Assembly (NCBI GenBank): GCA_965205495.1
Contig: CBDBHA010000001.1
Span: forward strand, 264,091 to 328,090
DNA: 64,000 bases
Source: Dehalococcoidia bacterium
Lineage (GTDB): Bacteria > Chloroflexota > Dehalococcoidia > Lucifugimonadales > UBA3495
Direction: 5' to 3'
Part shown: positions 25,934 through 32,544 of the stretch, in pieces
Numbering within the stretch: position 1 is the stretch's first letter
How the letters are laid out: each line of letters begins with the position of its first letter
The notes under the pieces: generated by a model
The model's input: only the letters and a program-made list of their open reading frames with translations
Told to the model about the DNA's origin: nothing
Database searches by the model: none
Made by a program: the position numbers and the translations under genes

Positions 25934-26065
25934 GTTTAGAAACTATCTTAAAACTTGGCGAGCAGCCCAATCCGTCGTGCCGGTGAAGGCCGGAATCAAG
26001 GACCTCGGCTAGCGATCGGTGGAATTTCAACAAACTTAGTGAGTTTTGAGATAATTATTTAGAAC
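25934..26065. mobile_element. MITE, family B, about 132 bp
   Basis: TIRs gtttagaaactatcttaaaac (25934-25954) and gttttgagataattatttagaac (26043-26065). Confidence 0.6.
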
Positions 26066-26168
26066 CACGAGATAGGCTTCAACCACGATGAAGCCGAAAA
26101 AGAGTATGGCAAGATCCAAGGTCAGGTAATGCCGGGGATCAACTATGGTGATGGGTGGTGGCATCTGC

Positions 26169-26558
26169 TTACCGATGCCTCAAATCTTCAACCGCTATAC
26201 GGACTAGATTCCATAGAAAAAGAACCAATAGCAGTAGAGCTGCTGGATCGTAAAGGTGACCTATCCCCAAGAACGCCGGAATAATCAGCAAGATATGGGC
26301 TGCCAGTAGTGCCAGGGCCGCTATTGCAAAAAGAAGGGAGCGGCCTTTTGTGCAGCTCCATCTGATACAGAAGCCGCTGGCCGCTCCGGGTAGCCCAATC
26401 AAAGCATACGGGAAAGTGTTACCGAAGTTCACGCTGGGGTTGTCTTTATAAAGCGAAGCCAGCAGAGCGAGCAGAGCCATCAGCAGGAAGAGTGCTGAAA
26501 CGCCAAGAGCAAATAGTCCCGCTACCGTGGCAGCGGTGGGTAGACACCCGTGGCCCAT
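26169..26558 (-). CDS. Hypothetical integral membrane protein (4 TM)
   Basis: 129 aa with four hydrophobic segments. Lies in a lower-GC region; one line I counted is about 52%. Confidence 0.5.
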   Translation of the reverse strand: MGHGCLPTAATVAGLFALGVSALFLLMALLALLASLYKDNPSVNFGNTFPYALIGLPGAASGFCIRWSCTKGRSLLFAIAALALLAAHILLIIPAFLGIGHLYDPAALLLLVLFLWNLVRIAVEDLRHR

Positions 26559-26581
26559 TTCAGACAGACCGGCTCGTCAGA

Positions 26582-27421
26582 TCAATAGGGATACCTGTCG
26601 CGAGCGCAATTCCAATGCACTGGGCCCGGGGGGTCACCTGTGTGGTAGCATTCGAAATCCCAACTTCCGGGCCATGCCCAGAAAATGGCACTCTGCCAGT
26701 TCTCGGAATTGGGGATGGCATAATTATCAAATTCACCATCGGTCTGAACATATACTGACCCAGGACCGGAAGGCGACCAAGTATAGTAACACGAAATTAT
26801 ATACCACCCAGTGATGAAAGCCCGGCATCGCGTGTTCCTGTCATGGCCTCCACCTACTGTATTGCCGTAGTCGTAGTAGTGCATAAACGCAGTTGTCCTC
26901 GTAAGGTCAATCGAGATGGGTTCTTGTAATGAGGACCGGGCTCCCCCTCGAAATTCATGCGACGTGGCCCCTATGCCATGCCCGGAATGACTTGTCTTAC
27001 TCGACCCATCTTCTTTTGCGCTGGCCTCGGTTCCACCAGCGTCGTCATGAGTCGGGTCATCCAGGGCGTCCGCGCTAAATGCCACCTTTTGCACTGTTAC
27101 CGAGCAGTCGTCGTTCATAGCTATCCTGATCTGCCCGCTTCTATGCGAATCAGTCAGGCCCTCACCTCGGACTGTCATGAAAGGCAGTTCGCACTCCCCA
27201 TCTTGCTTGGGGGTTTTCTCCTTTACGGTAGCGCCTTCAGCGATTTCCGTTTTCTTTCCGTCAATTATGATGTATGCCTTTGGACCAGTTACGTCTTCGG
27301 TGTCCCCTTGATTACCCGTCTGGGCCGTGGCAGTGCCGCCGATAAAAAGGGTAACCGCGAATGCGAGGAGTGCCACAGTAAGCACCCCGTAGACGAAATA
27401 CCTGTTTTTGTGACCAGTCAA
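26582..27421 (-). CDS. Hypothetical secreted/anchored protein
   Basis: 279 aa. N-terminal signal-anchor YFVYGVLTVALLAFAVTLFIGGTATA. Cys/Trp/Tyr-rich C-terminal domain. No family recognised. Confidence 0.5.
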   Translation of the reverse strand: MTGHKNRYFVYGVLTVALLAFAVTLFIGGTATAQTGNQGDTEDVTGPKAYIIIDGKKTEIAEGATVKEKTPKQDGECELPFMTVRGEGLTDSHRSGQIRIAMNDDCSVTVQKVAFSADALDDPTHDDAGGTEASAKEDGSSKTSHSGHGIGATSHEFRGGARSSLQEPISIDLTRTTAFMHYYDYGNTVGGGHDRNTRCRAFITGWYIISCYYTWSPSGPGSVYVQTDGEFDNYAIPNSENWQSAIFWAWPGSWDFECYHTGDPPGPVHWNCARDRYPY

Positions 27422-27526
27422 TTTTCACCTCAAATATTTTCAGGATCCCCGGTGTGAACGGGCACCTCATCTTGACGTTCTGCTCGCGTAATCTTCCTGC
27501 CGAGCGCACAGAGCCATATAGGCGAG

Positions 27527-28292
27527 TTAATGGATTGTCAAACTGCCAATTCCTACGCAATAACCACTCTCAACAACGGTTATCATCGACTTTGAATACG
27601 TTCGCCAGATTTATATTAGAGCGAAAATCGCCGTCAACTAAAACGACGTACTTAAAAAAGTCCATAGGCACAATTTCAGACATCGCCACAGCTCCACGAT
27701 CACATCTTTCAGGGCCTTTTCATCACCATCCACCGGACCTTCCAGCACTGGGTAGAGCGTGGGGTGCTGGAGGGTGTCTGGGCGGTCCTGATCGAAGAAT
27801 GCTGGGAGTTGGACGGCGTGAACTGGGAATGGCAGTCGGCGGATTGCTCTATGGGCAGAGCACGTTTTGGGGGGCACTATTGGACGAGATCCCACCGACC
27901 GGGGCAAGGCTGGTAGCAAGAAACTCATCCTGGTCGACGCAGCCGGCGGCCCCCCCTTGGAGAACATGGTAGTGGCGCGCCCGCCCCCGCTCAAAACCTG
28001 TGCCTGGACAAGGGATATGACAATCCCGCCGGCCACGGGACTGTTGCCGCCTTTCAGTACTGTGGGCATATCCGGCGCATTGCGGAGAAGAAGCTGGACC
28101 GATAAGTCCAGAAAACCTGCCCCGCCCGACGGTGGGTGGTGGAACGCACCCTGGGCTGGCTGTCCAAGTGCCGGGCGATACTGGTGCGCTACGACAAGAA
28201 GCCGGCCAATTACTTGGGCCTGCTTCAGCTAGCTTGTGCCCTCATCTGGTATCGTCGTCAACGCCGCCTCACTGTTTTGAGATAGTTACTAA
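27527..28292 (+). mobile_element. Degraded IS5-family insertion sequence; transposase is a pseudogene with frameshifts and an internal deletion
   Basis: Transposase fragments lie in three frames: VLEGVWAVLIEECWELDGVNWEWQSADCSMGRARFGG, DPTDRGKAGSKKLILVDAAGGP, LDKGYDNPA, RWVVERTLGWLSKCRAILVRYDKKPANYLGLLQLACALIWYRR*. Right end gttttgagatagttactaa at 28274-28292. Confidence 0.75.
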
Positions 28293-28416
28293 GAAACTAT
28301 CTCAAAATCAACTGGCCCTCCTGATATGCGGGCATCGCTGACCGAAGCCCATAGATTCCCGCCTTGATGGGAATGACGGGTTGGGTGCCGCGCCACGTTT
28401 TGAGATAGTCTCTTAG
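28289..28416. mobile_element. MITE, family B, abutting the IS5-like right end head-to-head
   Basis: ctaagaaactatctcaaaat ... gttttgagatagtctcttag (28397-28416). Together with the IS end it forms the palindrome ttttgagatagtt-actaag-aaactatctcaaaa. Confidence 0.55.
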
Positions 28417-28463
28417 TGGTGGGGTAAAATGGTCGGGTTGATTTTACTTTTGGGAGTTGGCCG

Positions 28464-28649
28464 GTGACCGTTGAGGAGAGGGTACGGGTGATTTTGAATG
28501 CGTTGTCGGAGGTGAGGTCGTGCCAGCAGTGCGGGACCAGGGTCCGGTTTGGGGACCTGGACTGTCCTCATTGCGGGATGGACCTGGACGACGAGTTGCG
28601 GGAGTGGGCTTTGGACCTTTTGGGCAAGCTGGGGATGGCGCGGGAATAG
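28464..28649 (+). CDS. Small zinc-ribbon protein
   Basis: 61 aa. CQQC..x13..CPHC. GTG start 7 nt after GGGAG. Confidence 0.4.
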   Translation: MTVEERVRVILNALSEVRSCQQCGTRVRFGDLDCPHCGMDLDDELREWALDLLGKLGMARE

Positions 28650-28661
28650 AGGGGCTGGGGC

Positions 28662-29663
28662 GTAACTGTTCAGAGTTGAGGGGAAAGGAGCAGTTGGCGG
28701 CAAGCTTGGAGGGGGTTCAGGTCCTGGGCGCGCCAGGTGCCGAAGAGGGAAGCCAGGGTCATCTTGCGCGCGGTTCCCTGCTCCGAGCGGGTGCCGCCGC
28801 TGATTTTCCGGCTGACCACCAGGGGCCGCAGGCTCCTTTCCGCTGCGTTGTTGTCCGACGGAGTATCCGGCACCGCCACGAAGACAAACAGTTCCTTGAT
28901 GTACTTTTCGATGCGCCGGCACAGCTTGCCCTGGACCGCCGCTGGGTCGTCGAGGAAGGGTTGGCAGCAGGCCAGCAGCGCCCGCTCCAACTTACCCTGG
29001 GCCAACCGGCGTTGCTGCGCCCTGCGGTGGGTGCAGTCTTTCGCCATGCTCCATAGCCGATGGACCTCCTCGGCCCACCGGGCCAGTTCTTGGTCCTTGG
29101 GGTAGAAAGCCTTCAGGTCATGAATGTCCCGCAGCAGATGAACCCAGCAGCGCTGCTTGGGGCCGTCGTAGTGGTGGTAGGCGGCCCTCTTCCCGCAGGG
29201 CAGCGATCAAGCTGAGCAAATTGACGCCCAACCGCTGCTTCCCCAGGGCCACGCCCGCCAGGTCCGCCGGGGGCACCCGGCGTTGCTCACATAGCGGGCG
29301 AATCCGGGCGATAAAGACGTGCTCGGCAACCTGGACGGGAACCACGGGAATATCAATGACTTCCCGGGTGCGCTGTATCCAACCGCCAGCCAGGCCGGCG
29401 CCACACTCCGGACAGGACTCCAGGACGTGCTCCACCCGATGGGTGGGAGTCATGCGCTGGCGGGCGAAGCCGTGGGGCCGGGGCTTCCTGGGCCCTTTCT
29501 CCCTGGCGGGCCGCTGGCCCAATTTGGGCTTGATGCCGGGCATTCCCCGCAGGCCGGCAGGCTTGGCCTTTCCTCCCAGGATCTCAATCCGCCGCTGCAA
29601 CTGGGCGATGATATCCAACAAGACTTCCCGAGGGGCGGTGTTCAGGTCAAGGCTGGTTCCCAT
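28662..29663 (-). pseudogene. IS66-family element remnant; transposase lacks the central DDE region
   Basis: N-terminal part (29118..29663) has the Zn-finger CPECGAGL. C-terminal part (28670..29047) has NNAAERSLRPLVVSRKISGGTRS. The parts are in different frames and total about 306 aa, versus roughly 500 aa expected for this family. Terminal IR gtaactgttcagagttgagggg at 28662-28683. Confidence 0.75.
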
Positions 29664-29928
29664 ATCCTAGTAGTCAGTCAACCCTGAAATAGGAGGTCTT
29701 CCAGCAGTAATACCGTGTCCTACGCCTGATGAGGATTTCTTCCCGGCCAGTGTAAAACTGTTAAAACTCGGTTGACTGACTACTTGGTTCACCATAACAG
29801 AAAAACTGTTGCTCTCTGCTCTTTCGGCGACTTCCCGACATTTCACCTCACCAACTCTGATCAGTTACATGGCCGCCCGCTTCCTATGATAGGATCACCT
29901 GATAAGATCACCTCGTTCATCCCCAGGG

Positions 29929-30339
29929 ATGTCACTCGTGAGTGCAAGGGTTTACAAGGCCATTCTGATTACCGGCTACGCCATCGGAATCCTTATATTC
30001 CTACCTGCCTGTGTGAAAGCAGGACCGGGCATCTTCTACGTTCCCCTAGAGGAATTCGCACCCGAGTTTAACAGACTCATCGAATGGAAATTGGGCCTGG
30101 ACGAACGCCGAGCAAAAGGCTGCCGTCAGGAAATCAAGGAATCAGGCATTGATGTGGAATCTTACCGCGCCACGTTCAATGATCAACTCACCGCCGAAAA
30201 CTACCTGGACGCTCAGACCACTATCGAGAACCTCTTGGGGGAGGTCAGGTACTACGACCAGCGGGTGCGCCACGCCAGGTGTCCCCTGCATCTACCCGAG
30301 GCCAAGTATCAAATTCCCGCTCCCGCTTATCCACCATAA
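29929..30339 (+). CDS. Hypothetical lipoprotein
   Basis: 136 aa. Lipobox-like LIFLPAC after a hydrophobic segment. Confidence 0.45.
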   Translation: MSLVSARVYKAILITGYAIGILIFLPACVKAGPGIFYVPLEEFAPEFNRLIEWKLGLDERRAKGCRQEIKESGIDVESYRATFNDQLTAENYLDAQTTIENLLGEVRYYDQRVRHARCPLHLPEAKYQIPAPAYPP

Positions 30340-30345
30340 AACAAA

Positions 30346-30373
30346 AGGCTCCGGGCTGGCTTGCCCGGAGCCT
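30346..30373. terminator. Bidirectional hairpin terminator between convergent genes
   Basis: aggctccgggc-tggctt-gcccggagcct, a perfect 11-bp stem. Confidence 0.55.
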
Positions 30374-30402
30374 GGATTAAGATAGCCTTCCCGGCCCGGG
30401 GT

Positions 30403-30993
30403 TCAGGAAGCGCTCGGATCGTAGGGAATCTCGTTCTCTATAGCGTCCTGAAACTTCTCCCTAAGCCGGTTGGCGTCCGCGCTGTTCAGAACCTCTTCCG
30501 GCCTGGCTTGGTCGGGCACGTCCAACAGGAGATTGCCGTAGCCCGGCACAAGGGTCTCCCATCCCCTCTTGGTATATGTGCGAGTGACGAAAAGGTAAGA
30601 CTTTCCGGGTTCAAGAAGATTGGGGTCGCCCTCCATGCGGAACTCGCCACCGTCGCGCCGAGAGCCGCCCTGCTGGTTGACCGTCACGGTTTCCGAGACG
30701 TCGCCCTTCAGGGTCTCCAGAACGGTAACGCTGAACTGCGTCTGCGGCAGGCCCATCTCGTTGTCCTGCCCGTTGTTCTTACTAACCTGCCCAAAGAACA
30801 CGTCATCGGCAACTCCGACCAGCTTGCGGTCATTGGAGAGGTCCGTAATCGATGAACCGTGGCCGACGGACGCAACGCCCTGACCTGCAAAACCGAAAGT
30901 GAAAATCTGCCATCCTGCCAGAGCCAGTAGGGCAAGGGACAAGAATCCCAGGCCCAACCAAAGGGTCTGCCTGCGTCGAACTAAAGATTTCAT
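30403..30993 (-). CDS. Membrane-anchored hypothetical protein, partner of the metzincin
   Basis: MKSLVRRRQTLWLGLGFLSLALLALAG signal-anchor. Beta-rich ectodomain (VFFGQV.., FSVTVLETLKGDV, LEPGKSYLFVT). Start placed at the ATG at 30993. Confidence 0.55.
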   Translation of the reverse strand: MKSLVRRRQTLWLGLGFLSLALLALAGWQIFTFGFAGQGVASVGHGSSITDLSNDRKLVGVADDVFFGQVSKNNGQDNEMGLPQTQFSVTVLETLKGDVSETVTVNQQGGSRRDGGEFRMEGDPNLLEPGKSYLFVTRTYTKRGWETLVPGYGNLLLDVPDQARPEEVLNSADANRLREKFQDAIENEIPYDPSAS

Positions 30994-30998
30994 CCTAA

Positions 30999-31523
30999 CT
31001 ACCCCCATAAATTGCTTCGTAGTCCACCGTTTCGTGGCTGCCCAAGTCTCCGCAGTGGGACTGCGCGGTTGTAGTACACGTAATTGTCGTTCGACGGCGA
31101 GTGTTGCAACCCGTGAGCGTGACCCAACTCATGAGTACCTACATTCTTCGTGACGCAGGAACTGTAATTTGCCATCACGTAGGTGTTCATGTAGATGCTA
31201 TCCACCCCAACTGGCGTGTAGTAATAGAGACCCGCCCAGGTGACACCGGTATTGTACCAGTCCTCCCACTTGAGGTCGTTAACTGTCAGCCAGGTGTTCG
31301 GCAACACTTCCACACAGTCGTTACTACCATTAATGCCTTCCCACTTGGCCTCGGCGAATAACCGCTCCGTGTCGTAGCTCGTGTAGTCCTTGTACCTGAT
31401 CTCGCAATCGTCCACCGCAGAATGGCCCAGGTAGTGGGCCTGGGCAACGGAGGAGGTCCCCACCCACACGGCAAACGACAAAACGAAAATCGCTATGCTC
31501 GTCCATTTTAATGAAAGTTCCAT
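30999..31523 (-). CDS. Small secreted zinc metalloprotease (metzincin, HExxHxxGxxH); probable C-terminal frameshift
   Basis: Signal peptide MELSLKWTSIAIFVLSFAVWVGTSSVAQA. Catalytic motif HELGHAHGLQH. An alternative frame ends ..DYEAIYGGS* (stop at 30995-30997), which resembles the matrixin D..I..LYG ending. Confidence 0.65.
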   Translation of the reverse strand: MELSLKWTSIAIFVLSFAVWVGTSSVAQAHYLGHSAVDDCEIRYKDYTSYDTERLFAEAKWEGINGSNDCVEVLPNTWLTVNDLKWEDWYNTGVTWAGLYYYTPVGVDSIYMNTYVMANYSSCVTKNVGTHELGHAHGLQHSPSNDNYVYYNRAVPLRRLGQPRNGGLRSNLWG

Positions 31524-31662
31524 GTTTTCCGGTCTCCTTTAATTTGAATGTAATCCTGGTACCCCAAGTGCTCAGCTTACATCTCCCTGCACCTCCTCTT
31601 AGCGTTCGGCTGGCGTAATTTTCACGCCAAGCGGACAGCACCATAAAGAGTGGTTAAAGAGT

Positions 31663-31856
31663 GGTTAATGAGATGTCAAACAGCCAATTCCTACGCAATG
31701 AACTCTCTCAACAACGTTTATCCTCAACTAGGAGCGCTTTCAACAGATTTATATTGGAGCAAAAATAGCCAAAAACCGAAACAACGTATGTCAAATGTTC
31801 CTTGGGCACCAATCTGTTACATCACCAAAGCCTCACGATCACTTTTTTGCAGGGCG
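31663..31856 (+). repeat. Second copy of the IS5-like left-end segment (about 195 nt, roughly three-quarters identical to 27527-27720)
   Basis: Alignable by eye: gttaatgagatgtcaaacagccaattcctacgcaat...cacgatcacttttttgcagggc. Interrupted at 31856 by a family-A element. A possible IS right-end remnant ggtttgagataagctag lies at 32477-32493. Confidence 0.7.
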
Positions 31857-32451
31857 TAACTATTCAGATTCAAGGGGTCATTCCCTGCCCCAACCGTCAT
31901 TCCGCTTCCGCGGGAATCCAGAAATGGCGAGGATAAGCAACCCTGTCTGCTGCAAAGGGTTCTGGATTCGGGCTCAAGGCCGGAGTATCTGTGTCGAATG
32001 TCAATAGTTAATCAGGGTGCCGGGGCGTAGTCCTGTATCCATAGGGTTCCTGCCCACCCCGCCGCGGTCCCTGTCATCCTCCACGGGATTCCTACCCAGC
32101 CCGACGCAGTTCCTGTCATTCCGAACGGAGAGAGGAATCTAAAATTACTCGGCTCGACCATCGTTCCAGGGCAGGAACGGGATGCGGCGGGGGAGGAATG
32201 AGACCGTTTAAGGCATGGGCATTGGTTACTTGTCCGGTAGGCTTGGATGGGGGTCCCCGGCGTAATGGCCTGCTATTGGCGGCCGGGTCCTGGGGGCAAG
32301 GGTTTTCGATTCCTCCCGATGGTCGGAATGACAGAAAGATGGTCGGGATGACAGGGAGATGGCCGGAATACTTGGAGAAGGGTGGAGTGATAAGGGAAGG
32401 TCGGGATGACGGCGCGGCCCCGGGAACCCCTCATCAAGTCTGAACAGTTGC
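31856..32451. mobile_element. Long (about 596 bp), probably nested or composite member of MITE family A
   Basis: Left end gtaactattcagattcaagggg. Right end ctcatcaagtctgaacagttgc. Contains hairpin modules and GGAATGACAG units. Flanks tgcagggc / gctggggc are not a clean TSD. Confidence 0.5.
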
Positions 32452-32544
32452 GCTGGGGCCGGTTGAAGGGCTTTTGGGTTTGAGATAAGCTAGCGAGCAA
32501 CGTCCGGGTTGGCAGACCCGGCTTTTTGGTATCGGGAGAGTTCC

